Positions 1-11,870 of a DNA stretch of 64,000 nt are shown here, one piece after another. The notes below the pieces were generated by a model. The model saw only the letters and a program-made list of their open reading frames with translations. It had not been told where the DNA came from and made no database searches. The first letter of the stretch is position 1. The number at the start of each line of letters is the position of its first letter. This stretch comes from Torpedo marmorata. Its lineage: Eukaryota. The translations under genes and the position numbers were made by a program. The DNA lies in the NCBI GenBank assembly GCA_977017645.1, contig OZ360238.1:39308001-39372000 (forward strand), written 5' to 3'.

Positions 1-1115
1 TGGATCACCTCGAAAACAGCAATTCATACATACGGCTGCTCTTCATCGACTACAGCTCGGCCTTCAATACCATTATTCTCTCAGTGCTGGTCAAGAAGCT
101 ACAAACTCTAGGCCTCTGTCTCATCGGAAGACCACAGTCAGTACGAATTGGAAACAGCGTCTCCTCCTCACTGATTATCAACACAGGCGCATCCCAAGGA
201 TGCATGCTTAGTCCACTGCTCTTCTCGTTATACACCCATGACTGTGTAGCCAGGCACAACTCCAATGCCATCTACAAGTTTGCCGATGACAACACAGTTG
301 TCGGCAGAATCACAAACGGCAATGAGGAATTATACAGGAGGGAGATAGATCAGCTCGTTGAATGGTGTAACGACAACAACCTTGCGCTCAACGTCAGCAA
401 AACCAAGGAGATGATTGTGGCCTTCAGGAGGAAGTCAGGGGAACATGACCCAGTCCTCATCGAGGGCTCAGTCGTGGAGAGGGTCAAGAACTTCAAATTC
501 CTGGGTGTCAACATCTCCGAGGATCTGTCCTGGAGCCTCCACGTTGATAAAATCACAAAGAAGGCTCGTCAGTGGCTATACTTTGTGAGGTGTCTGATTA
601 GATTCAGTATGTCACCGAAGACTCTCGTAATCTTCTACAGGTGTACCGTGGAGAGCATTCTGGCTGGTTGCATCACTGCCTGGTATGGAGGCGCCAACTC
701 CCAGGACAAGAGTAAACTCCAGAAGGTTGTTAACTCGGCCTGTGACATAACAGGCACCAAACTTCACTCCATTGAGGACATCTACATGAGGCAGTGTCTT
801 AAAAAAGCAGCCTCTATCCTCAAAGACCCCCACCACCCAGGCCATGCCCTCTTCACTCTGCTACCATCGGGAAAAAGGTACAGGAGCCTAAAGACGAGCA
901 CTCAACGACACAAGGACAGCTTCTTCCCCGCTGCCATCAGATTCCTGAATAATCAATGAACCAAAGGCACTGCCTTACTTTTTGTGCACTATTATTTATA
1001 TTTTTAATAGTAATATCGTAAGATGGTTATAATATGAATGTTTGCACTATGATGCTGCAGCAAAACACCGAATTTCATGACTTGTTCATGACAATAAATT
1101 CTGATTCTGATTCTA
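1..1115 (+). mobile_element. Rex1/Babar-clade LINE, family A, 3' part (cut by the window edge)
   Basis: RT motifs ([26 protein letters not shown]), C-terminus [13 protein letters not shown], and tail ATGACAATAAA(TTCTGA)n; highly similar by eye to the other copies. Confidence 0.9.
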
Positions 1116-1279
1116 CTTCTTAAGTTCTCATTTTTCTTGCCACCTCCCTAAATGATGATTGGTGACTAATGTGTAGGCATAGTTTCATGGAAACTCAGTA
1201 CTTCACCCAGATCCACCAGTTCTGCTCAACACTTATCACTGAAAGACCACCCGCCCACAATTTTACCGAACTAATTTTA

Positions 1280-1437
1280 TATACGTGCATATGCACACAC
1301 ACACATGCAAATACACACACGCCCACATGTATAGACACACACAAATAAACATGGGCAGGCATAGAGACACACACAAACATGCATGAATGCAGACGTACAT
1401 GCAAATGAAGAAAACATAATGCACCTTCCACACAAAG
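1280..1437. repeat. Degenerate (CA)n-rich tract running into the assembly gap
   Basis: CACACA/CATGCA-rich sequence. Confidence 0.8.
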
Positions 1438-1438
1438 A

Positions 1439-1580
1439 NNNNNNNNNNNNNNNNNNNNNNNNNNNNNNNNNNNNNNNNNNNNNNNNNNNNNNNNNNNNNN
1501 NNNNNNNNNNNNNNNNNNNNNNNNNNNNNNNNNNNNNNNNNNNNNNNNNNNNNNNNNNNNNNNNNNNNNNNNNNNNNNNN
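1439..1580. other. Assembly gap (142 N)
   Basis: Run of N. Confidence 1.
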
Positions 1581-2137
1581 CTATCATTTTACCCACAAAT
1601 ACAGACAGTGTGGAAACAGGAAAACTGAGATCACATGCCCAGTACCCAGTACTTCATGATAACATTTAAAAGGTTTGGGAACTGGAACTTGCAAGACCCT
1701 TATCTGAGGATCTATGGGACAACATTTTTAAATTGGTAAATACATCTCCTATATGTGTCCGACATTCGTTAATCCAATTCAAAGTGGTGCATCGTGTTCA
1801 CATGTCCAAAGATAAATTGGCTAGTATTTTTTCTAATATTAACCCTATTTGTGACAGATGCAAATCTGAAATTGCTACATTGACACATATGTTTTGGTCT
1901 TGTTCATCCTTAGAAAACTATTGGAAAGAAATTTTTAATATCTTTTCAACTATACTCCAGGTGGAGCTACGACCCAATCCAATAACTGCTCTTTTCAGGG
2001 TTATTGACCCAGACATAGGGAGTTTTTCTGTACCTGTTCAATGGGTTGTGGCCTTCTCTCCATTGTTGGCTAGAAGAGCCATCCTATTCAAATGGAAAGG
2101 CTCTAGACCTGCAACAGTGTTTCAATGGTTTTCTCAA

Positions 2138-2203
2138 AAGTTAAAGAATTTCACATATGTTACATTCTAAATGTAGTATTACGTGACAATAATGGAACCT
2201 TTA
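2138..2203 (+). mobile_element. 3' tail fragment of the 5S-SINE family; its (CCTTTA)n end continues at 2955-2973
   Basis: ttaaagaatttcacatatgttacattctaaatgtagtattacgtgacaataatggaaccttta is nearly identical to the reverse complement of about 48627-48690. Confidence 0.8.
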
Positions 2204-2954
2204 GTAAACACAAAAATCTGTAGACACCGTGGTTGAAGTAAAAAACACAAATGCTGGAGAACTCAGCAGGTCAAACAGTGTATTTTATGTAGCAAAGGTA
2301 GAAATACATAACCGACGTTTCGGGCTTGAGCCCTTCATCAAAGTATGAGAAAATGCCGGCAGGCGTCCGAACAAAGGAGTGAGGGGGGAAGGGGGGTGGC
2401 AAAGGCAGGAGATGATAGGTGGAGAAAGGAGGGAGGGGACAGCAGCAAAGAGGGGGAGGAGGGATGGCTGGGTGGGTGGAAAAAAAACAGGAAGGACAGG
2501 TGAGGGGGGAGGGGAAGGGAACAACAAGCAGGTTTAGTGGAAAGCAGAAAAGTCAATGTTAATGCCATCTGGCTGGAGAGTGCTGAGACGGAATATGAGA
2601 TGTTGTTCCTCCAATTTGCGGGTAGTCTGGGTGGGATAGTACATGAGGCCATGGACAGACATGTGAGTGTGGGAGTGTGACCCAGAATTGAAATGGTTGG
2701 CTACTGGGAGGTTGCTGTTGTTGCGGACAGAAAGGAGGTGCTCAGCAAAGCGGTCTCCCAATCTACGACCGGTCTCTCCAATGTATAGAAAGCCACAAAG
2801 GGAGCACCGGATGCAGTAAATAAGTCCTCTGGATGTACAAGTGAAGTGTAGTTTCACTTGGAAGGCCTGTTTGGGGCCCTGGACCGTGGTGAGGGGGGAG
2901 ATGTGGGCGCAGGTGTTGCACCTCCTGCGGGCACAGGGGAAGGTTCCGGGGGTG
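2204..2954 (-). mobile_element. Penelope-like element 3' fragment (GIY-YIG endonuclease C-terminus plus 3' UTR)
   Basis: Peptide IYCIRCSLCGFLYIGETGRRLGDRFAEH...PVANHFNS...LEEQHLIFRLSTLQPDGINIDF, followed by the PLE end motif TGATGAAGGGCTCAAGCCCGAAACGTC. Confidence 0.9.
2307..2347 (-). ncRNA. Minimal hammerhead-ribozyme-like motif in the Penelope end
   Basis: Minus strand catac-tTTGATGA-a-GGGC-tcaa-GCCC-GAA-ACGT-C-ggttatg: core with U in place of C3, stem II, palindromic ACGT stem III and UC site. Confidence 0.6.
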
Positions 2955-3469
2955 CCTTTACCTTTTTACCTTTACTATGTCTTGTTTAAGCTTAGAAAAA
3001 ATTAGATATCATGTATTTGATTCATCGGTGAAATTTGAAGATACATGGCGACCTTTTATGTCTTATTTTCATATGATGTAAGTGTTTCTAATGTGATTAC
3101 AAGTATTTACTCTTCCTTTGTTTTTTGATTTACGGTAGGAACCAAAAATTACAAAATATATATAACCTTCAGGATAAGCTGCTCAGCTGTTTTTTGTTGG
3201 TTGTTTTTTTTTTATTAGTGTAGGTTAGGTGTTTTTTTTATATATAAAATCTTTTGATTTTTTTTTTCCATTGTCACCTATTGCAGTGGAGGGGGGATCG
3301 AATTTATACTGTTTGAAGTTTTATTTTAATATATATACATGTGTGATATTGTATTTTCAATTTGGTTCCCTTTTCTTCATTGTATTGTATTTCTTATAAA
3401 AATTAATAAAAAAGATTGAAAAAGAAAGAGATCACATGCCCAACAGTATTGGTTCCCCACATGAGAGTC

Positions 3470-3865
3470 AGTTGTGGCTTCTGAGTCCAAATGTCCTGTT
3501 TGTAAACCCAACTACAGAGACTTGAGCAAAACAAACTAGTCGAACATTCCAGTGCAGTACTGAAAGAATCTACACTGTCAGATGTCCTGTCGTCTTTGAT
3601 AAGACATTAAACTTGATAAGACTGTCTACTGTCAGGTGTATGTAACTGATTCTGGGCACTAATTTAAAGGAGGCCCATCTCCATAATTCTGGACCATGTT
3701 TATCTTCCTCTCAACAGTGCTTGTTATTGTCTCGAAGTGGTTTGTGGGAGCTTATTGTGCACAAATTAGCTGCTGGCTTGCTCACGTTCCATCATTCTTT
3801 CACTGTAGTGTGCTTTGGAATGCCTCACTGGGGATATCAGAGGTGCTTTATAGATGCAATTTGTT
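3470..3865 (+). mobile_element. Ancient Deu-domain SINE remnant (SacSINE1/AmnSINE1-like)
   Basis: gagacttgagca...ccagtgcagtactga...acactgtcaga...tttgtgggagcttattgtgcacaaattagctgc...gctttatagatgcaa follows the recalled DeuSINE consensus in order. Confidence 0.65.
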
Positions 3866-4677
3866 CTATCCTAATCAGAAATGGACTTTGGGACATCTGG
3901 AAAGTGCAAGTAGGGAGTCCTACTCAGCAACTTCTAATGAATGCTCTAATGTACTGGGCAACACGGCGAGAAAGAAAATCACAGTCATAGTTCCAGATGG
4001 TGGGGGATGCAACACGATAGAGCTGGACCCAGTCCCCACTACACACAGCTGAGCACAAATCAAAGCTATAGTCAGTAAATCTTGCTGAAAACAATGGCCA
4101 AGAAAGGCTTGTGATTTTTGTGTTTGCCCACATTGACAATGAAGGCCTCAAAGTGGAGTCCCAACTTAAACTCTAGCAAATGGTTACTCTGTCAACCTGA
4201 AGCCACAGATTATGGAGAAAGAATTCCCTTTATATAATACCTTCCACCTCCCTTTCTGAAAACCCTGAAGTGTTACAGCCAATGAAACACCTTTGGAGTG
4301 CAGCCACTTTTGTAACATGATCAATGTGACAATCAATAAACAGCAGAGATGGAGGGGTTATGTACCTCTGCTGGCTATTTGAAACATTGACCCAATCTGA
4401 AGTTCAAGTTCAAACACAACTTCCTTTTGAAAGTTCCCTCTGCATCTGCTTTCACTCCCTTCCACAATGTGCCTTCTCAACCACAGCAAAGTCTAGACCC
4501 CCTTCCTTATGAAAGGATATGTAAGTATTGAAGGCATCCAAAAGAGATTCATTAAGTAAATTCCTGGCCAGCAGCTCGAGCAATTAGATCTATATTCTTT
4601 GGACTTTAGAAAAATATGAGTGATATTATTGAAACATATAAGATCATTAGGGGGCACTATCAGGTAGATCTTGAGAT

Positions 4678-4917
4678 TTTTTTTACGGAAGGGTAGATGC
4701 CAATTCCAGCCATTTAAACCCATGCCGTCCATTGACACCCCAATTTACCTACAAACCCCGATTGTTTTGAAGGGTGGGAGGAAACTGGAGCACCCGGAGG
4801 AAACCCATGCAGACACGGGGAGAATGTATAAACTCTTTATAGACAGCGCCTGATTCGAACCAGGGTTGCTGGCGCTGTAATAGCATCACGCTAACTGCGA
4901 CGCTAACCGTGCCGCCC
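4678..4917 (-). mobile_element. tRNA-derived V-SINE (HE1-like)
   Basis: A/B-box head GGGCGGCACGGTTAGCG...GGTTCGAATC and V-domain TCTCCCCGTGTCTGCATGGGTTTCCTCCGGGTGCTCC. Confidence 0.88.
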
Positions 4918-4971
4918 AGAGATGCTTTTACTACCAGGAGAATCTCGAATGGACATAGATAGAATGGACAG

Positions 4972-6472
4972 GGCGTCAGGCCCCGATGGCGAACCTGGCA
5001 GGGTACTGAAAATCTGCGCCAACCAACTAGCCGGAGTGTTCACGGACATTTTCAACCTCTCATCGCGGCAGTCAGAGGTTCCCACCTGCTTCAAAAGGGC
5101 ATCAATCATCCCCGGTACCCAAGAAGAGTAGTGTGAGCTACCTCAATGACTATCGCCCAGTAGCACTAACATCTACTGTGATGAAATGCTTTGAGAGGCT
5201 GGTCATGGCCAGAATTAACACATACCTAAGCAAAGATCTGGACCCACTACAATTCGCCTATCGTCACAATCGCTCCACAGCAGATGCAATATCGCTGGCT
5301 CTCCACTCAGCTCTGGATCACCTCGAAAACAGCAATTCATACATACGGCTGCTGTTCATTGACTGCAGCTCGGCCTTCAATACCATTATTCCCTCAGAGC
5401 TGGTCAAGAAGCTACAAACTCTAGGCCTCTGTACCCCCCTCTGCAACTGGATCCTTGACTTTCTCATTGGAAGACCACAGTCAGTATGAATTGGAAACAA
5501 CGTCTCCTCCTCACTGATTATCAACACAGACGCACCCCAAGGATGCATGCTTAGCCCACTACTCTCCTCGTTATACATCCATGACTGCGTGGCCAAGCAC
5601 AATTCTAATGCCATCTACAAGTTTGCCGATGACACCACAGTTGTCGGCAGAATCACAAACGGCAATGAGGAAGCGTACAGGAGGGAGATAGATCAACTCG
5701 TTGAATGGTGTAACGACAACAACCTTGCGCTCAATGTCAGCAAAATGAAGGAGATGATTGTGGACTTCAGGAGGAAGTCAGGGGAACACGACCCAGTCTT
5801 CATTGAGGGCTCAGTAGTGGAGAGGATCAAGAACTTCAAATTTCTGGGTGTCAACATCTCCGAGGATCTGTCCTGGAGCCTCCATGTTGATGCAATCACA
5901 AAGAAGGCTCGCCAGCGGCTATACTTTGTGAGGTGTCTGAGGATATTCAGTACGTCACCGAAGACTCTCGTAAACTTCTACAGGTGTACCGTGGAGAGCA
6001 TTCTGGCTGGATTCATCACTGTCTGGTATGGAGGCGCCAACTCTCAGGACAAGAATAAACTCCAGAGGGTTGTTAACTCGGCCTGTGACGTCACAGGCAC
6101 CAGACTTCACTCCATCGAGAACATCTACACAAGGCGGTGTCTTAAAAAAGCAGCCTCTATCCTCAAAGACCCCCACCACCCAGGCCATGCCCTCTTCACT
6201 CGGCTACCATCAGGAAAAAGGGACAGGAGCATAAAGTCGAGCACTCGACGGCACAAGGACAGCTTCTTCCCCGCTGCCATCAGATTCCTGAATAATCAAT
6301 GAACCAAAGACACTGCCTTACTTTTCGTGCACTATTATTTATATATTTTTTTATATAGTAATGTTGTAAGATGGTTATAATATGAATGTTTGCACTATGA
6401 TGCTGCCGCAAAATACCGAATTTCATGACTTGTTCATGACAATAAATTCTGATTCTGAATTCTGATTCTGAT
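4972..6472 (+). mobile_element. Rex1/Babar LINE family A, 5'-truncated, disabled
   Basis: [35 protein letters not shown]; frameshift near 5110-5130 and TGA at 5487-5489; (GATTCT)n tail. Confidence 0.92.
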
Positions 6473-7689
6473 TAGTGGATCTTCATTCAAAACTGAATGC
6501 AAAGGAATTCCCTTGCAGAGGGTGGTGAATCGCTAAAATTCTCTGCATTGGGGACTTGTGGAGGCTAGGTCACAAGGGATATTTAAAGAGGAAGTAGAGA
6601 ATGTGAAAGTTCCAGGCACTGAAGGCCATGGGGAGTTGGTATGGTAAGGGTATTGAGACCTGTGACAGATCGGCCATGACAATGAACGATGGGGCAGGCT
6701 TGTGGGGTTGAGAGATCGACTCCTGCTTTGATTTCCTTATGTTTTTCTGTTCTAACAAAGGTCAATGTTTTCCATTCATTTATGAGAGGTGGACATAACT
6801 GCACAGGCCAGCATTTCTTGGCTGTCCCTGACCCTCACCCAAACCCCTGAGAAAGTGGTGTTTAGTTGCCTTCCTAAGCCACTCCAATCCATGCACTGAC
6901 AATGTGGTATTGGAGCATCGCAATACTTAAAGTGCTTGTAGGAAATTATTTTTTTGCTTTAGGATTTTTTTTGTTTTCCCCCTCATCCGCCATTTTTGGA
7001 CCCGTAGATTCAATGGTGTTTCCTCTGAGGGAACATCAAAGTGCGTACTGAATTATGCAGCTTACTGTTTGATTAAAGGGTTTCCTTTAATCAAACAGTA
7101 TGGTGCATAGGATAGGTTTACTCCCATTTAACCCCTGGTGAAAAAAATTAAACTCTTACCATTTGGACAAAAGGCAATGAGGGTGTTTTCAATGAGGATC
7201 TTGTGTTTCCAATTGCCAAGACCCAATACCAAACACACCCCTTGATTCACCTCTGAAATGTGGAAACAGATTTGTGTTCCCTTTTGGACATGAAAACTTC
7301 AGAATGGATTCCCCAAATGGAATGCAAGAGAAAGGTTTTAAACATTTCAGTTGATATCAGTTCAAAAGCCAGGAAATTTATCTTGTCAGACCAAGGCCAA
7401 GAACAATTAGCAGATTAATCTCTTCCCAAGGTTAAAAAAAAAAGACATAATGTGAGTCTCTGATAGCTTAACAATCAATACTATTAAAACAAGAACAGAA
7501 TTTAAATGATTCAAAGGTCTTGGCTTAGAAGTTTAATTCTCAGTGCATGCTGTTGGAAAGGACATGAGGTGTTTAATTAACCTCCTCCATATAGAAATAA
7601 CACGGCTAACTGAACAAACTTGGATTAACAGTGACAGAAGTATCAAACAAATTCAGTGTTCATCCTGTACAACAAGCACAATGGAACGT

Positions 7690-8742
7690 TAGTTCAATTT
7701 CAAGTTCATTATCATCTGACTGTACATAGACAACCAGACAAAATAGTGTTTCTCTGGACCACGGTGCACACACATAAACACGCAATACACATACAATCAC
7801 ATACAGGTAGTCCCCAACTTACGACCATAATTGGGTCGAAAGGATCGGTCGTATCTCAGAATGGACTTAAGTCATAATTTTGCCCATGCACATGGAGTAC
7901 TGAAGTCTTAAAGCAAACTTTTTAATCAAATCTTTTTTTCATTGTAGATTCGACGATAACAACTTAAAGCTTCCTGAATTTGTCGATCAACCTTGGCGAG
8001 TCTTTCCACATTCTGGTCCATGCTTACCTTGTTTGTCGGCGTCCCGGGGTCCGTCGGCTGGGCGCGGCCAACTTGATTCCTGTGCGCACGCGTGAGTCTT
8101 TGTTGGCGCATGCGCATGTCTTCGGTTGGCGCATGCGCGGTGGGTTCACGTATTGGAGTTCGGTTGGCACATGCGTGAGAGTTAAGCGCCCTAATGATAT
8201 TGAATTTGCGCCCTTAACTCTCGCGCATGCGCCAACCGAACTCCAATACGCGAACCCACCGCACATGCGCCAACCGAAGACTTGCGCATGCGCACAGGAA
8301 TCAAGATGGCTCTTCATACTTGTAGAACCTTTTACAGCCTCACGTATTTTCTCTTTGTCCTTTAAAATTGTTGAAACGGTGGAATGAGACAATCTATCGG
8401 CAAGGGATAGGTTTTTCCTCTTGCTTGCCATCTTTCTAGCGTGCCTACAGAACAGCGACTGCGCGCCGGGCACAATATTGCACTATATTGCGCATGCGCG
8501 TATTTAAAAAAAAAAAAATTGGTCATATGTGTGGATGGACGTAGGTCGTAAGTCGGGGAGTACCTGTATATACATGAAGATACAATTTAAAATAAATATA
8601 TATAAATATTTTGGAGTGATTTACTCGATTACAGGATATTGTTCATCAATCTCACAGCCTGCGGGAAGAAGCTATTTCCCAGCCTGGCAGACCTGATTTG
8701 GATGCTCCTGCACCTCCTTCTTGATGGTCATGGGTCAAAGAT
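7690..8742 (-). mobile_element. 3' end of another Rex1-like LINE, split by a Tigger insertion
   Basis: The flanks of the Tigger element join into sequence matching 39497-39773 in reverse; tail aacttgaaattgaac. Confidence 0.7.
7804..8566 (-). mobile_element. Non-autonomous TcMar-Tigger/pogo element (internal-deletion derivative)
   Basis: TIRs CAGGTAGTCCCCAACTTACGACC / GGTCGTAAGTCGGGGAGTACCTG and TA TSDs (7802-7803, 8567-8568). Transposase remnants: N-terminal MASKRKNLSLAD..LSHSTVSTILKDKEKIREAVK and C-terminal MDQNVERLAKVDRQIQEALSCYRRIYNEKK. Confidence 0.9.
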
Positions 8743-9134
8743 ACTTCATCAACCAATGACATACTCTGGTTGGTTGCTGCATGAAGACTAGGTCCACACA
8801 TTACTTATTGGATGAACCTGTCCCATGTGACTTGTACATGCAGCAACAGTAAATGTAAGGCTCACTAACGGTTTAGTCAGTGCCTGTTACAGGTATTAAG
8901 ATTACATGTTTAGGTTCGTCATGGCTTATTTTGGATGGCACCAATTTAAAAAGCAAAAGCCTTGTTACACACTTGCAACCCTGCATGTAGTGAGCATCTA
9001 TCCACTCTCTTTGCCTCCTCATCCTCCATTAAACATCCTTCTCTTCAACGTCGGACCTAATGCGCTGAAGTTAAGAATGAGAATGGACTGGATCAAAACA
9101 TGAAAAATCATGGGAGATCTTATCAAGGTGGAAA

Positions 9135-9740
9135 GGCCTTTGACAAGGTATTGCACAAGGAATGGTGAGATCCAGGTTCAGCAAGCCCATTGGATACAGG
9201 ACTGGTAAGGGTTACAGGGTGGAAGTAGGGAGATGTTACTCATATTGGATGCCCATGACCAGTGGTTTGCTGCAGGGATTTGTGTTGTGTCCACTGTTGT
9301 TGTCATCCATATTGATAACTTGGCTGACAATGTAGTTAGAAAGTTTGCATATGAAAGTGAAAAAGGTTATCTGAGATTACAGCAGGATTGAGGTCAACTG
9401 GGATAGTGGGCCAGGAAATGGGAGATGGAATTTAACTCAGGCAAGTGTGAGGTGTTGCATTTTGGTAAGTTAAACAGGGCAGCTCTTGCACAGTAAATGG
9501 CAAGGTCCTGGAGAGTGTTTTAGAACTGAGAACAATCTCGAGCTACAGATACATAGTCCTACGAAAGCGGCGACACATGAAGACGGGGTGGTGAAAAAGG
9601 TATTTGACTTGCTTGCCTTCATCGGTCAGGGCATTGAGTACAGGAATGACATGTTATCGCTGTACAAGATGTTGGTAAGACAGCACTTGGAGTATTGTAC
9701 ACGGTTGTGGGCAGAACAAAAGCAGGGCTGGAGTGAGTAA
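9135..9740 (+). mobile_element. Degraded CR1 RT fragment
   Basis: aaggcctttgacaaggt, QMEFN..KCEVLHFG-like sequence and LYKMLVRQHLEYC. Confidence 0.75.
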
Positions 9741-10059
9741 ATGAGGAAGATCTGCAACCGGCAGTCAGTGGAAGAAAGCTTAAGTAGATTGTTGGAAGAC
9801 AACCATATCCAGTGTTAAAGGTTCTGGTGGTAAAGAGGGCAAAGACACAGAGGGAAGGTTCATTCATTCCTGTGCTTTGGGTCCGTTTACCCAGATGTTT
9901 TAAGCACATTTCTCTTAAGGAAGAAAGATAGATTTTTGGACAATAGAGGAGACAAGAACTGTTAGGATCAGGCAGGAAAGCAGAATCATAGTCACACATC
10001 AGCCTGTTCGCCCATCAAAACAGTGCCAAGCATTAAGCATCCAATTACATCAATCCTGC

Positions 10060-10290
10060 ACTAATCCCATTTTCATTGGGATTCTACCACTCTCCTACAC
10101 ACTACGGGGAGTTTACTGTGGCCAATTAACTTTATAACCTGCATGGCTTTTGTGCAGAAACCAAAGCACCCAGAAGAAATCCACACAGGTCAAACATGCA
10201 AACTCCATACAGATAGCTGCCGAGGTCAGGATTGAACCCATGGCACTGGCATCTTGAGGCAGAGGATCAACCAACTCTCCCACTTGGGCT
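10060..10290 (-). mobile_element. Diverged V-SINE
   Basis: gaaaccaaagcacccagaagaaatccacac...acatgcaaactccatacaga...ggattgaaccc. Confidence 0.7.
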
Positions 10291-10654
10291 CCTGTCTTGA
10301 AGCCAAGATCAGATAAGCCATGGTAGCCATATTAAATAGTAGAGCACACATGTGGGTTGAACTGCTCTTACTTCTTATAAAAGATCAAATTTCAGCCTGT
10401 GTTAAGAACATCAATCATACTTTGCAATGACATTTGCTCAGTTGGTGTGAGGAAATGTTCAGATACGTGAATCTGGCACATGCTGGGGGAATTCTCCTGC
10501 AGGGTCCCAGAACCCCAGCAGGTTGGTGCAACATCTTCACTGAGTATCTGGCATGTAAGATTCTCGTTTATTCTAAGTTAAAAATGCTCTGAAGTTTGCA
10601 AAAGTGGCAGGGATTGCAGTCTCATGTCACGTGGAGCAAATCATCTGGTGCTGT

Positions 10655-10873
10655 CCGGGTCCAGTACTGACCAGGTCCAGTGCTGACTGGGTCCAGTACT
10701 AACCGGGTCTAGTACTGACTGGGTCTAGAGTTGACTGGGTCCAGTGGGGACTGGGCCCATTGGGGACCGGGTCTAGTACTAACCGGGTCCAGTACTAACC
10801 GGGTCTAGTGCTGACTGGGTCCGATGGGGACCGGGTTCAGTACTGACCAGGTCCAGTACTGATCAGGTCCAGT
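10655..10873. repeat. 16-bp minisatellite, about 14 copies (GTCCAGTACTGACC[A/G]G)
   Basis: Tandem periodicity read directly; many units contain the palindrome CAGTACTG. Confidence 0.9.
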
Positions 10874-11499
10874 CCTCACTCTCCCTGAGTGACTACAACT
10901 TAATGCTGAGTACCAGGGTTTGTCATGGCTGCGAAAGTTGGCACCTATTATCGCACATCTTCTCAACAGATGGCCATTGACGATATGCAAAGTAGATGCA
11001 ACAGCTACCCGATGATGTCTTTGTGCAATCCAGAAACACGTTACAGCGTAATCTGCAATTCAAACGAGCCAAGAAACCACAACACAGCTTAACCACCGTT
11101 TAAATATTTAGAGCCATACACAGATCAATGCAAAATAGGCAACATTTACATAGCTCCTCTGTTTGCGAGAAGACCTGGCCAACCAAGAGTTTGCTGATCT
11201 GATCCAGGGTGATGGGAGAGATGCTGCCTCTGTTAGGTCTCTCTTCCAGGCAGGAGGGTTATCAGCTTCTTCCCTACGCAAACTCCTTGCTGTAAAATTC
11301 AAAGGGGGTGGAGCAGAATCAGTGGAGGACCCGGTGGTTGTAGTGGGGTGGAGGGAGATTGGCTTCCTGGCTGTCACCAGCAATGGATCTTTAGGTTCTC
11401 GTTCAAAGTAAATGCATTCTTGGCATGGGAGAATGGTACATCAACATGAAGACTAGTATCTATTTCAGGAGTGGGCACAATGTGGAAGGAAACTTTTTA

Positions 11500-11870
11500 G
11501 ATCGTCATTCATTGAATGAGGATACAGCTGGAAATATCAGCATTCCTTGACCATCACTAACTGCCCTTTGCTGGTCTACTGCAGGATGTACAAAGGAATC
11601 AACCAAATTGCTGAGGATTTGGATTTACACAAAGGCCAAACTAGGTGAATACAGCTTTTTGTCTTCCACAAAAGGCACGATTGAACCAGATGGGCTTTTC
11701 TGTGTTAACTCAGTCGATGCACCATTAAGGATGCTAGTTTTTTAATTCCAGATTAGTTTAATTAAATTCTCCATCTGCTGTGATGGGATTAGAACTCATA
11801 TTTTAGGATCATTAATCCAGGGCAAGTGGATTACTTGGCCATTACCATAACCACCGTGTTACTGTTTCTC
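11500..11870 (-). mobile_element. Ancient tRNA-type SINE remnant; related fragments near 6775-6900, 18590-19030 and 63830-63970
   Basis: Degenerate head (gagttctaatcccatcacagcagatggagaattt) and a tail motif (cccatccctaattgccctt-like) that recurs in the window. Confidence 0.45.

Larger units (their letters stand above)
1642..3427 (+). mobile_element. 5'-truncated L1-clade LINE (ORF2 C-terminal zinc-binding region plus 3' UTR), split by an insert at 2138-2973
   Basis: Peptide HSLIQFKVVHR...CDRCKSEIATLTHMFWSC; the frame resumes across the insert (QWFSQ|TMSCLSLEKIRY...WRPFMSYFHMM*, stop 3079-3081). AATAAA plus A-rich tail. 15-bp TSD gagatcacatgccca at 1627-1641 and 3428-3442. Confidence 0.9.
4500..6750 (+). 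mobile_element. Old CR1 3' remnant hosting a V-SINE and a Rex1 copy
   Basis: CR1-like text on both sides of the inserts (gatattattgaaacatataagatc; cagagggtggtgaatc; gactcctgct end). Confidence 0.55.

Noticed and set aside
11150-11289. Possible next GSE1 exon (acceptor ttttacag, open in phase 1)
   Set aside because: The peptide does not resemble the expected GSSLSSESSPVSSP sequence and the donor (TAT|gtaaat) is weak.
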